Assembly: GCA_944375905.1 (NCBI GenBank)
Contig: CALWAS010000009.1
Location: forward strand, 78 to 64,077
Length of the DNA: 64,000 bases
Direction: 5' to 3'
Source of the DNA: an uncultured Bacilli bacterium
GTDB taxonomy: Bacteria > Bacillota_I > Bacilli_A > RFN20 > CAG-826
The translations under genes were made by a program, and so were the position numbers. The notes under the pieces were generated by a model that searched no databases, was not told the origin of the DNA, and was given only the letters and a program-made list of their open reading frames with translations. Positions 1 through 9,094 of this stretch are shown one piece after another; the first letter of the stretch is position 1, and each line of letters begins with the position of its first letter.

Positions 1-79
1 GACCTTTTTTGTTTTCCCCTTGTCAACTACTTGACTTGGGGTCCACTTCATCGATCGGGCCTTTTTCCTACTGAGGCAA

Positions 80-1393
80 TTACTCGCCGTCCCATTCGCG
101 ACGGAGGCCGCGCGGGTAGTGGTTCTTGGCCGTCCCGGCCGTGACCTTGACGAAGCCGAGGTTGAGCCCGGCGTAGCTAACGATGTAGAAGCCGTCCATT
201 TTGTCGAGGAGGAAGGTGTCGCCGCGGATGTAGGCCATTGCTTCTTCTTTCGAAATCGGAATCGAGTAGGAGGAATCGAGGAAGGCCGCGAGGTGGTGGT
301 CGGGAAGGTAAATCTGGCTGTCCCGCATCTCGAAGAGCTTCACCCCATAGCGGAGGATATTGAGGTGGGAGACGTCGAATTTCCTGTAAATGGAATAGAA
401 CTTCTTGCGGAATATTTCGTTGCTCCGCCCGATGAGGCCGTAGTGCTCGAGGAATCCGCGATAGCGGGAGGAAGCGCCTTCGCTTTCCGGGGCTTGGTAG
501 CGATCGGGCGTCAAAATGCCCGGTTTCCGGAGGCAGCAGACGAATTGGCCTTCGCCATAGAAGCGGTTCGGGAGAAGGTAAACCGCTTGCTTGAGGGCGG
601 AGGGGCGGAAGAAGGTCGGATCGTCGGGAAGGTCGATGAGCTCGGCTTCCGGGACCGATGCGAGGAAAAGGGAAATGACGTCCTCATTTTCCTCTTTCGA
701 GAACGAGCAGGTGCTGTAGGCGAGGGTTCCGCCGGGCTTCAGCATCTGGTAGCCGAGCTTGAGTAGTTCAATCTGCCGATGAGCATTGCCCCTCAGCTTG
801 GCTGGCGTGAAGTTCGATTTGGCTTCCTCGCTCTTCCGATACATCATCGACCCGGAGCAGGGGGCGTCGACGAGCACCTTGTCGAAGCGCCCGGCGAAGT
901 AGACGCTCGAGAAGACGAAGTCGGTGGAGGCGACGACGATGTTCCCGCGTCCCATCCGCTCGACGTTCTGGGAAAGGGCCTTGGCCCGCGGATAGGAGAT
1001 GTCGTTCGAGACGATCGTTCCCTCGTCCTCCATCATGATCGATGCCTCGATCGACTTGCCGCCCGGGGCGGCGCAGATGTCGAGGAGGGTGTCCTCTTTG
1101 GTCGGGTTCAGGAAGTAGATCGGCATCATGGCCGCCGCGTCCTGAATGGAAATGGCCCCGGCATCGTAGAGTATCTTTTTGCCGAAGTCATAGACTTCCT
1201 TGTCGTAGAGATAGGCGTGGGGGACGAAGGGATGGGGGCGCGCCTCGGGATAGCGGGCCCGGAAATCCTCGTCGGAGATTTTCTTCGGGTTGAGGATGAG
1301 GGCATGGGTCAATTTCCCATGCTCGATTTCGTCGAAAAGAGCATCGGCTTCCTCTTTTCCGAAGTGTTCTTCAAGTGATATCCGGAAATCCAT
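80..1393 (-). CDS. NOL1/NOP2/Sun-family rRNA cytosine-C5 methyltransferase (RsmF/YebU-like)
   Basis: ORF 80..1462. SAM-MTase motifs DICAAPGGKS, VDAPCSGSMM, YSTCS. Start moved to MDFRISLEEHFG (ATG 1393..1391) because a TATAAT lies 6 nt upstream on this strand. Confidence 0.85.
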   Translation of the reverse strand: MDFRISLEEHFGKEEADALFDEIEHGKLTHALILNPKKISDEDFRARYPEARPHPFVPHAYLYDKEVYDFGKKILYDAGAISIQDAAAMMPIYFLNPTKEDTLLDICAAPGGKSIEASIMMEDEGTIVSNDISYPRAKALSQNVERMGRGNIVVASTDFVFSSVYFAGRFDKVLVDAPCSGSMMYRKSEEAKSNFTPAKLRGNAHRQIELLKLGYQMLKPGGTLAYSTCSFSKEENEDVISLFLASVPEAELIDLPDDPTFFRPSALKQAVYLLPNRFYGEGQFVCCLRKPGILTPDRYQAPESEGASSRYRGFLEHYGLIGRSNEIFRKKFYSIYRKFDVSHLNILRYGVKLFEMRDSQIYLPDHHLAAFLDSSYSIPISKEEAMAYIRGDTFLLDKMDGFYIVSYAGLNLGFVKVTAGTAKNHYPRGLRREWDGE

Positions 1394-1464
1394 GGCCACA
1401 TTATAATTGTTTCGTAAGCGCGCGTTAACTGTCCTGGCGCTTCCCCAACGAAGGAGAAACACCC

Positions 1465-2769
1465 ATGAGAATGGTCGACATCATCGAGAAAAAGAAGGCA
1501 GGAGGCAAGCTCTCGAAGGAAGAGATATCCTTTTTCGTCAAAGGACTCGTCGACGGGAGCATACCCGATTACCAGGCGAGTTCCTTCCTAATGTCCGTCG
1601 TTTTCCGGAGCATGGACGACGAGGAGACCTCCTATCTAACCGAGGCGATGATGAATAGCGGCGACGTCATCGACCTTTCCTCGATTCCCGGGATCAAGCT
1701 CGACAAGCATTCGACCGGCGGGGTCGGCGACAAGACCTCGCTTTCCCTCATGCCGCTCGTCGCTAGCTTCGGGCTTAAGGTAGCCAAGATGAGCGGCCGC
1801 GGGCTTGGCCATACCGGGGGCACGCTGGACAAAATGGAGTCGATTCCCGGAACGAACGTCTATCTTAGCGAGGACGATTTCAAAAGGCAGGTCCGCGACA
1901 TCGGCATCGCGATCGTCGGTCAGACGGCCGAGATCGATCCGGCCGACAAGAAGCTTTATGCGCTCCGCGACGTTACCGGGACCGTCGAATCGATTCCCCT
2001 AATCGCAAGCTCAATCATGTCGAAGAAGCTCGCATCGGGCTCGGATGCCATTCTCCTTGACGTCAAGTACGGCCGCGGGGCCTTCATGAAGGACGTTCCC
2101 TCGGCGCGCCATCTCGCCAAGACGATGATCGCGATCGGGCGAAGACTCGGACGGGCCGTCCGGGCCATCGTTTCGGGGATGGAAGAGCCGCTCGGACGGG
2201 CCGTCGGAAACTCCCTCGAGGTAATCGAGGCGGTGGAAACCCTAAAAGGCCGGGGTCCAAGCGACTTCGTGGAACTTGTCGAGACGGCCGGCGGCATTCT
2301 CCTCACCCAGGGCAAGGTTGCCCACGATGAAGAGGAAGGGAAGTTGCTCATAAGGAAGGCCATCGCGGATGGTTCTGGTTTCAAGAAACTCGAGCAACTT
2401 ATCGCTTCCGAAGGCGGGGACATTTCGTATCTGGAGAATACCGATAAATTCCAAAAAGCGAAATTTGCATATGAAATCAAGGCGACGGAGGACGGGTTCG
2501 TCCATGGGATCGACAGTCTCTCGATCGGGCACGCCGCGATGCTGCTCGGGGCCGGGCGCTCGAGGGCCGAGGACCGGATCGATTTCGCGGCCGGCATCTA
2601 TTTGATGAAAAAGGCCGGCGACCAGGTTGCCAAGGGCGACGTGCTGGCAGTCGCTTACAGCGATAAATCCGATGTCCAACCCGCCCTTGAGGAAATAGGC
2701 GGCGCCTACTGCGTCGAGAAGGAAAAGCCGTCCCTTCCGCCTCTCATCCGGGAATACATTCGTCAATGA
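1465..2769 (+). CDS. pdp: pyrimidine-nucleoside phosphorylase
   Basis: 434 aa. N-terminus MRMVDIIEKKKAGGKLSKEEI and KHSTGGVGDKTS motif typical of thymidine/pyrimidine-nucleoside phosphorylases. SD GAAGGAG upstream. Confidence 0.92.
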   Translation: MRMVDIIEKKKAGGKLSKEEISFFVKGLVDGSIPDYQASSFLMSVVFRSMDDEETSYLTEAMMNSGDVIDLSSIPGIKLDKHSTGGVGDKTSLSLMPLVASFGLKVAKMSGRGLGHTGGTLDKMESIPGTNVYLSEDDFKRQVRDIGIAIVGQTAEIDPADKKLYALRDVTGTVESIPLIASSIMSKKLASGSDAILLDVKYGRGAFMKDVPSARHLAKTMIAIGRRLGRAVRAIVSGMEEPLGRAVGNSLEVIEAVETLKGRGPSDFVELVETAGGILLTQGKVAHDEEEGKLLIRKAIADGSGFKKLEQLIASEGGDISYLENTDKFQKAKFAYEIKATEDGFVHGIDSLSIGHAAMLLGAGRSRAEDRIDFAAGIYLMKKAGDQVAKGDVLAVAYSDKSDVQPALEEIGGAYCVEKEKPSLPPLIREYIRQ

Positions 2770-3242
2770 AGCTCCTCATTCAACGCGTCAATCGGGCCGC
2801 GGTCTCGATCCGCGGCGAAGCCTCCCCTAGGGCCGCCATCGGCCGAGGCTATCTTCTTCTCGTTGGCTTTGAGGCCGGGGACAATGAGGAAATTGCCCGC
2901 AAAATGGCCGAAAAAACAATAAAACTGCGGCTTTTCGAAGACGAGAAGGGGAAGACCAACCTTTCGCTGACCGATGTCGGAGGCGACGTTCTTTCGGTGA
3001 GCCAATTCACCTTGGCGGCCGAGATTCACCAAAGCGGCAACCGCCCGTCTTTCTTCACCGCCCTGGAGCCGTCCAAGTCCGAGCCCCTTTATGCGTTTTT
3101 CAACGGCGTCCTTTCCTCCCTTCTTGGGAAGAAGGCGGGGACCGGCGTTTTCGGCGGCGACATGCTAATCGACCTCCAAAACGACGGCCCTTTCACCATA
3201 TTCCTCGACAGCGCCTCGCTTTTCGGGAGGAAAGGCTCATGA
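2766..3242 (+). CDS. dtd: D-aminoacyl-tRNA deacylase
   Basis: 158 aa. MKLLIQRV, SQFTL and GNRPSF motifs. ATGA overlap with pdp stop. Confidence 0.92.
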   Translation: MKLLIQRVNRAAVSIRGEASPRAAIGRGYLLLVGFEAGDNEEIARKMAEKTIKLRLFEDEKGKTNLSLTDVGGDVLSVSQFTLAAEIHQSGNRPSFFTALEPSKSEPLYAFFNGVLSSLLGKKAGTGVFGGDMLIDLQNDGPFTIFLDSASLFGRKGS

Positions 3243-4363
3243 AAGTCCTTCTTGGCTTCTCGGGCGGAGTCGATAGCGCGATCAGCGCATACCTCCTTAA
3301 AAAGCAGGGCTATGACGTCACCGGCTGCTTCATGCGGAATTGGGACGCCCTCGCAAACGGGGATTACCTTGGCAACCCGACCGTCGATTTCAACCAATGC
3401 CCGCAGGAAAAGGACTACGACGACGCAAGGAAAGCGGCCGCGGTAATCGGAATCCCGCTCATCAGGCACGATTACGTGAAGGAATACTGGGACGACGTCT
3501 TCAAGGAATTTCTCGATCTCTATGGCGAGGGCCTGACCCCGAATCCGGACATTCTCTGCAATTCCCGGATCAAATTCGGGCCTTTCCTCGATTTCGCCCT
3601 TGAAAACGGCTACGACGCGATTGCCATGGGCCATTATGCGAGGAAGGTCGTTTCCGACGGCCACAGCTATCTAGCCATTCCCGAGGACCTCGACAAAGAC
3701 CAAACCTATTTCCTTCTCGACTTGAGCGAGAAGCAGATCATTCCCTCCCTTTTCCCGATGGGCGAGATGACAAAGAAGGAAGCCAGGGCCCTCGCTAGGG
3801 AAATCGGGCTTCCCTTCTTGGCCGAAAAGCACGGCTCGACCGGGATATGCTTCATCGGCGAGCGGCACTTTGCCGCCTTCCTTTCCAACTACCTTCCGAG
3901 CAAGGAAGGGCCGATCGTCGAAGAGAAAAGCGGCCGCCGGCTCGGAACTCATCATGGCGTCCTCTATTACACCTTGGGCCAGCGCCACGGGCTTGGGATC
4001 GGCGGAATTTCCGGGGAAGAGGGGGGACGTTATTACGTCACGAGAAAAGACGCGAAGAACAACGTGCTCTATGTCCAAAAGGGAGACCATGACGAGGGGC
4101 TTTTCAGCGACGAGTGCTTTTTGACGGTTCCCAATTTCGTCCACGAGCGCCCTTCTAATTGCGAGGCTAAGTTCCGTTACCGCTCGAAGGCGGTTTCCTG
4201 CGAAGTCGAATATCCGTCCGCCGATAGCGTCCGCCTCGTTTACAAAGACGAGGCCAAGGCCGTGACACCGGGCCAATATGCCGCCCTTTATTCCAAAGAC
4301 GGCCGTTTGCTTGGCGGCGGCCGCATCAGCCGCGTGTACCATAAAGGGGAAAGGAGGGGCTAG
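3239..4363 (+). CDS. mnmA: tRNA 2-thiouridine(34) synthase
   Basis: 374 aa. PP-loop FSGGVDSA and MnmA-like sequence throughout. ATGA overlap with dtd stop. Confidence 0.93.
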   Translation: MKVLLGFSGGVDSAISAYLLKKQGYDVTGCFMRNWDALANGDYLGNPTVDFNQCPQEKDYDDARKAAAVIGIPLIRHDYVKEYWDDVFKEFLDLYGEGLTPNPDILCNSRIKFGPFLDFALENGYDAIAMGHYARKVVSDGHSYLAIPEDLDKDQTYFLLDLSEKQIIPSLFPMGEMTKKEARALAREIGLPFLAEKHGSTGICFIGERHFAAFLSNYLPSKEGPIVEEKSGRRLGTHHGVLYYTLGQRHGLGIGGISGEEGGRYYVTRKDAKNNVLYVQKGDHDEGLFSDECFLTVPNFVHERPSNCEAKFRYRSKAVSCEVEYPSADSVRLVYKDEAKAVTPGQYAALYSKDGRLLGGGRISRVYHKGERRG

Positions 4364-4504
4364 ATGAAAGCCGAAGACCGAGCCAAGGAAGCGGTGAAGC
4401 CGCGCGTCAAAGGCGGCCGTGCCCTCTTTTGGGGCATCCTCATTTCCGCTCTTTTGCTCTTGGCTCTCGCAGCTGTCGTCGTTTTCCTCATATTACTTTT
4501 CTAG
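4364..4504 (+). CDS. small (46 aa) membrane peptide, basic N-terminus plus one C-terminal TM helix
   Basis: Not in ORF track (under 60 aa). ATG directly follows the mnmA TAG. AAGGAGG lies 6 nt upstream. Translation MKAEDRAKEAVKPRVKGGRALFWGILISALLLLALAAVVVFLILLF. Confidence 0.5.
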   Translation: MKAEDRAKEAVKPRVKGGRALFWGILISALLLLALAAVVVFLILLF

Positions 4505-4516
4505 GATTTGCCTATT

Positions 4517-5794
4517 ATGCATAAGAAAACATTCCTATTTGTCCTTCTTTCTCTCCTATCCCTTTCCTCTTGCGACCTGATTTCCTCTTTCCTGCCCGAT
4601 TTTCCGGGCCTCTCGAGCAGCGGGTCCGAATCCTCTTCTGGCCTGACGTCGGAGAGCGCCTCGGAGTCGTCTTCGAGCGGGTCCGCGAGCGTCATCTCTT
4701 CCTACGATGGCGACTTCGACCCGATTTCGATCCATTTTCTCGAGCTCGGCAACGCCAATACCGGGGATTGCATCTACATCAAGGCCGGGGAGAACGACAT
4801 TCTCATCGATGCCGGCAGCCGCAAGGGCTCGGCCGAGACGATTGCGTCCTACCTCACCGATTCGACCCGGGGCGGCGATTACGTTTCGGACGGAAAGCTC
4901 GAATACGTCATCGCGACCCATGCCCACCAGGATCACATCGCCGGCTTCGTCGGGAACAAGGACGGAGATAGCCGAACCGGCATCTTCTATTCGTTCGAAG
5001 TCGAGCACCTCATCGACTTCTCCTACTATTGCTCGTCCGACGTCACTTTCGACAACTCCAAGGTGACCTACGAAGACGGAGACGGTCTTTCCGCGATTTA
5101 CGAAGAATACCTCGACGCCCGGAACAAGCTCATCGAAGGAGGGACCGACTGGTCGACGGCAGGGCAGCTTTTCGAGGAAGGGAAGACGACGTTCCCCCTC
5201 GGAAACGGCCTTGAGATGGACATTCTCTACAATTTCTTCTACGACCATACCCGCGACGACGTATCCGAGCTCGAGCCGGATTACAAGAAATCCAATTTCA
5301 GCGATCAAAACGATTGTTCGGTCATAACCCTCTTCCGGCAGGGGCCGAAGGCCTTTCTCTTCACGGGCGATGCCGAGGAGTATGCCGAGCATAGCATCGT
5401 GAAATTCAACCCCGACCTTCCGAAGGTCGACCTCTTCAAAGCCGGTCACCACGGCAGCTACACGGCAAGCGGAGAAGAGCTCCTTGCCAAGATCGAGCCG
5501 AAAAGCGTCGTTTGCTGCTGCTGCGCCGGGAACGACGAATACGCCAAGGATCCCAAGCACAGCTTCCCGGCCCAAGAGGCAATCGACCGAATCGCCGCCT
5601 ATACCGACGACGTCTACGTTACGACGCTCGGAAGCTGGGAGGACAAGAGCCATTTCGAGCCGATGAACGGCAACATCGTCTTCGCCTACGATCGAAAGGG
5701 CCTTCTTGCAAAGTCGTTTTCCGCTTCCGGCTTGAAGCTCAAGGAAAGCGACTGGTTCAAGTCCAATCGGACGATGCCGCCCGAGTGGGCGTGA
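4517..5794 (+). CDS. secreted lipoprotein with metallo-beta-lactamase fold (ComEC-C-terminal-domain-like)
   Basis: Signal peptide MHKKTFLFVLLSLLSLSSC with lipobox LSSC (Cys19), then a Ser-rich spacer. MBL motifs THAHQDHIAGF and AGHHGS. The segment HFLELGNANTGDCIYI parallels HFIDVGQGDSTLII of ComEC in this window. Start could also be TTG 4508. Confidence 0.8.
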   Translation: MHKKTFLFVLLSLLSLSSCDLISSFLPDFPGLSSSGSESSSGLTSESASESSSSGSASVISSYDGDFDPISIHFLELGNANTGDCIYIKAGENDILIDAGSRKGSAETIASYLTDSTRGGDYVSDGKLEYVIATHAHQDHIAGFVGNKDGDSRTGIFYSFEVEHLIDFSYYCSSDVTFDNSKVTYEDGDGLSAIYEEYLDARNKLIEGGTDWSTAGQLFEEGKTTFPLGNGLEMDILYNFFYDHTRDDVSELEPDYKKSNFSDQNDCSVITLFRQGPKAFLFTGDAEEYAEHSIVKFNPDLPKVDLFKAGHHGSYTASGEELLAKIEPKSVVCCCCAGNDEYAKDPKHSFPAQEAIDRIAAYTDDVYVTTLGSWEDKSHFEPMNGNIVFAYDRKGLLAKSFSASGLKLKESDWFKSNRTMPPEWA

Positions 5795-6289
5795 AAAAGG
5801 CCCTGGGGGCAAAAGGCCCTCGGGCCCGGGCGATGCCTAAGTAACGCCTGATGGGGAAATCGTCCAAGGCGGGGCCGTCATGCCTCGCTTTTCAATTTGT
5901 CTTCCATCGCCTCCTTCCTCGGAGGGAAACCGGTGCGACGGTCCGGTTCGTTCCCTTGATGGAATTAAATACATATGTATTGTTGTTTCAATTGTTAGGA
6001 TTGCTTCCAGCCATTTTTCAAACCGAGTTTGACCGTCCTTGACAAAATGGGTAACAGATGCGGAAGTAGGCGGCCGCAATGGCCATGATTGTGGATTTCA
6101 TTGGCAAATCGGCTCTCTTTTTCCTTGATATTCGGTCTTGGCTTCTCCCTTGTTTTTTCGAGAATCGGAGGCTGCCACCCTCGTTAGCGGCAGCCCCACG
6201 TCTCAAGTCCGCCAATGTTTCAAGTGACACGGCCCCTTGCTTCCCGCGGCTTTTTTGGAAAAGCACTCGGCCTGGCAGCCGCCTTCCTA

Positions 6290-6490
6290 GGCGAAGCGAT
6301 GCTATTGCCAATTGGCTTCCGTTGGGGCAAAATCACCGCCGGGAAAGAAGTCCCTTTAGGGACGGGCCACTCCCCATCGTCGCGGGCAATGCCGCCGCCA
6401 CCCTGCGTTAAAGGGACAAGCAAGGGCACCCGAATGGTGAAGGAGGATGGTACCGCGCGAAAGCGTTCCTCCGGGGGTGTTTTCTTTTTT
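6290..6490 (+). promoter_or_regulatory. T-box leader (tRNA-Ala sensing) with terminator/antiterminator, upstream of alaS
   Basis: T-box core AGGAGGATGGTACCGCGCG (6441..6459). The UGGU bulge fits an ACCA acceptor end. Terminator GGAGGA(6442-47)/TCCTCC(6467-72) is followed by GGGGGTGTTTTCTTTTTTT. GCCGCCGCC-A (6391..6400) follows helix ATTGCC(6304-09)/GGCAAT(6385-90) and is the candidate Ala specifier. The 5' boundary is approximate. Confidence 0.65.
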
Positions 6491-6505
6491 TGGGAGGCTA
6501 ACAGG

Positions 6506-9094
6506 ATGAAAGCGTTAGGCGGAAACGAAATAAGGAGGCGTTGGATCGCCTTCTTCGAAAAGCGGGGCCACAAGTACATACCGGGCGTTTCGCTCATCCC
6601 TCAGGGCGACAAGTCGCTCCTCTGGGTCAATGCCGGCGTCACCGGGCTCAAGAAGTACTTCGACGGCAGCGAGATTCCCCCGTCGAGGAGAATCGTGAAC
6701 GTCCAGAAGTCGATCCGCACGAACGACATCGAGAACGTCGGCCGCACCGCGCGCCACCATACGTTCTTCGAGATGCTCGGCAATTTCTCGATCGGAGATT
6801 ATTTCCGCAAGGAAGTCATTCCCTGGGCCAAGGAGATCCTGACCGATCCCGATGAGGGTTTCGGAATGCCGATCGATCGCCTTTACGCGACCTACAACCC
6901 GGCCGACCTCGAAAGCCGCGAGCTTTGGATCAAGGCCGGATTCCTTCCCGACCACCTCGTTCCCCTCGAGGGCAACTTCTGGCAGATCGGCGAAGGCCCG
7001 TGCGGCCCGAACACCGAGGTCTTCTTCGACCGCGGCGAGAAATACGATCCCGAGCACCTCGGAAAGAGGCTCCTCGAGGAGGAAATCGAGAACGACCGCT
7101 ACATCGAGATCTGGGGAATCGTCTTCTCCCAGTTCCAAGGGGAAAACGGCGTGCCGCGCGAGAAGTTCAAGGAACTTCCGAGCAAGAACATCGATACGGG
7201 AGCCGGGCTCGAGCGCATCGCCTGCATCCTCCAAGGCACCGACACCAATTTCGAGACCGACCTCTTCATGCCGATCGTGAAGGCTGCCGAAAAGCTCTCG
7301 GGCGCCCGCTATGAGGGGGATAACCTCATGGCGTACCGCGTGATCGCCGATCATGCGCGCTGCCTTACCTTTGCTTTGTCCGACGGGGCCGAGTTCTCCA
7401 ACGACGGGCGCGGCTACGTCCTTCGCCGGATCCTTCGCCGGGCGATGAGATACGGAGAGAAGATCGGGCTCCACGGTCCCTTCCTCAACAAGCTCGTCGA
7501 CGCGGTGGTGGACATGTACGACGGTTTCTATCCCGAACTCCTAAAGGGGCGGGACCGGGTCAAGAAGCTCATCCTCAACGAGGAAGAGCGTTTCGAGACG
7601 ACCCTCGAAAGCGGCGAGAAGATGCTTGGTTCCCTCCTCGAAAAGGGACTCGACATCTCGGGCGAAGACGCTTTCCGCCTCTACGATACCTATGGCTTCC
7701 CGCTGGAACTCACCGTCGAAATCGCCGGCGAGAAGGGACTCAAGGTCGATACGGCCGCCTTCGACAAGCTCATGGAAGAGCAACGCGAAAGGGCCAGGAA
7801 CGCCCGCGGGCAAATCGAGTCCTTCAACCGCCAGAGCAAGGATCTGCTCTCCTTCAAGGAAGAAGGAAAGTTCGATTACTCGACCCTTTCCCTCGACGCC
7901 AAGTGCATCGGCCTCTTCGAAGACGGGAAGAGGGTAAGCGAAATCTCCGAAAAGGGCGAGGCCGCCTTCGACCTCACCCCGTTCTATAGCGAGGCCGGCG
8001 GCCAGGTTTCCGACATCGGAACGATCAGCGGAAACGGCGTGAAGGCCAAGGTCGTGACCATGGGCAAGGCCCCGAACGGGACCCACCTCCATTTCGTCGA
8101 AGTCGAGGAAGGAAAGCTCGAGGAAGGGAAAACCTACCGCCTTGAGGTCGAACGGCTCCGGCGGCTCCTCATCGAGCGCAATCACTCGTGCACCCACCTT
8201 CTCCACGCCGCCCTTTCCAACGTGCTAGGCCACGTCGATCAGAAGGGCTCGTACGTATCGGAGGACTACCTGCGCTTCGACTATGGCTTCGATAGGAAGC
8301 CGACGGCCGAGGAACTTCGCCGGGTTGGCGACGAGGTGAACCGCATGATTGCCGAGTCGATCGACGAAAAGACCTTGATCCTTCCGATCGAGGAAGCGAA
8401 GAAACTCGGTGCCGAGATGGAATTCTCGGAGAAGTACGGCTCGACCGTCCGGGTCGTTACCTTCGGCGACTACAGCAAGGAGTTCTGCGGGGGCACCCAC
8501 GTGAAGAACACTTCGGACATCGGCATTTTCCTTCTTACCGGGGAATCGTCGATTGCCTCCGGCATCCGCCGCATCGAGGCCGTGACATCGCTGAAAGCCT
8601 ATCAAGCGGCCGCCAAAGCCGCCGACACCCTCGCGGCGACTGCCCTCGCCCTCGGAAGCGACCAAGCCAAGCTCGTCGAGATGGCCAAGAAGGCCGTTAG
8701 CGACCTCTCGAGCAAGGATGCCGAACTCCGCAAGGCGGCCGAGAAGCTCTCGGCCCTCGAAGCCGATAGCGCCTCCTCGAGGCTTGAAAGCGTCGACGGA
8801 ACCGCCTTCCTCTTCTCCTATCTCGAAGGGGCAAGCCGGGACAAGCTCATGATGGTCGGCGACAAGCTGAAGCAGGGGAAGGGCGATTATCTCCTCTTCC
8901 TCATCGGCGGAAGCAAGGGTTCCTACCCGGCCGTTTGCATGTCGAGCGGCAAGATCCCGGCTTCCGCGGCCTTCAAGGAGGCGGCCAAACTCCTCCTTGG
9001 CGGCGGCGGCGGCAAGCCGACGATGGCTTCGGGCGCCTTCAAGGACCTAGGCCGTCTGGAAGAGGCGAAGGCCGCGGTCAAAGCGCTTCTATGA
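6506..9094 (+). CDS. alaS: alanine--tRNA ligase
   Basis: MKALGGNEIRRRWIAFFEKRGHKYIPG onward is AlaRS-like along its full length, including editing-domain HSCTHLLH. SD GGGAGG at 6492. The in-frame upstream part of ORF 6215.. is the T-box leader. Confidence 0.95.
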   Translation: MKALGGNEIRRRWIAFFEKRGHKYIPGVSLIPQGDKSLLWVNAGVTGLKKYFDGSEIPPSRRIVNVQKSIRTNDIENVGRTARHHTFFEMLGNFSIGDYFRKEVIPWAKEILTDPDEGFGMPIDRLYATYNPADLESRELWIKAGFLPDHLVPLEGNFWQIGEGPCGPNTEVFFDRGEKYDPEHLGKRLLEEEIENDRYIEIWGIVFSQFQGENGVPREKFKELPSKNIDTGAGLERIACILQGTDTNFETDLFMPIVKAAEKLSGARYEGDNLMAYRVIADHARCLTFALSDGAEFSNDGRGYVLRRILRRAMRYGEKIGLHGPFLNKLVDAVVDMYDGFYPELLKGRDRVKKLILNEEERFETTLESGEKMLGSLLEKGLDISGEDAFRLYDTYGFPLELTVEIAGEKGLKVDTAAFDKLMEEQRERARNARGQIESFNRQSKDLLSFKEEGKFDYSTLSLDAKCIGLFEDGKRVSEISEKGEAAFDLTPFYSEAGGQVSDIGTISGNGVKAKVVTMGKAPNGTHLHFVEVEEGKLEEGKTYRLEVERLRRLLIERNHSCTHLLHAALSNVLGHVDQKGSYVSEDYLRFDYGFDRKPTAEELRRVGDEVNRMIAESIDEKTLILPIEEAKKLGAEMEFSEKYGSTVRVVTFGDYSKEFCGGTHVKNTSDIGIFLLTGESSIASGIRRIEAVTSLKAYQAAAKAADTLAATALALGSDQAKLVEMAKKAVSDLSSKDAELRKAAEKLSALEADSASSRLESVDGTAFLFSYLEGASRDKLMMVGDKLKQGKGDYLLFLIGGSKGSYPAVCMSSGKIPASAAFKEAAKLLLGGGGGKPTMASGAFKDLGRLEEAKAAVKALL

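Noticed and set aside
6215-6505. In-frame N-terminal extension that would make alaS 959 aa
   Set aside because: The extension covers the T-box core and its terminator and has no AlaRS similarity. A good SD and ATG at 6506 give the canonical N-terminus.
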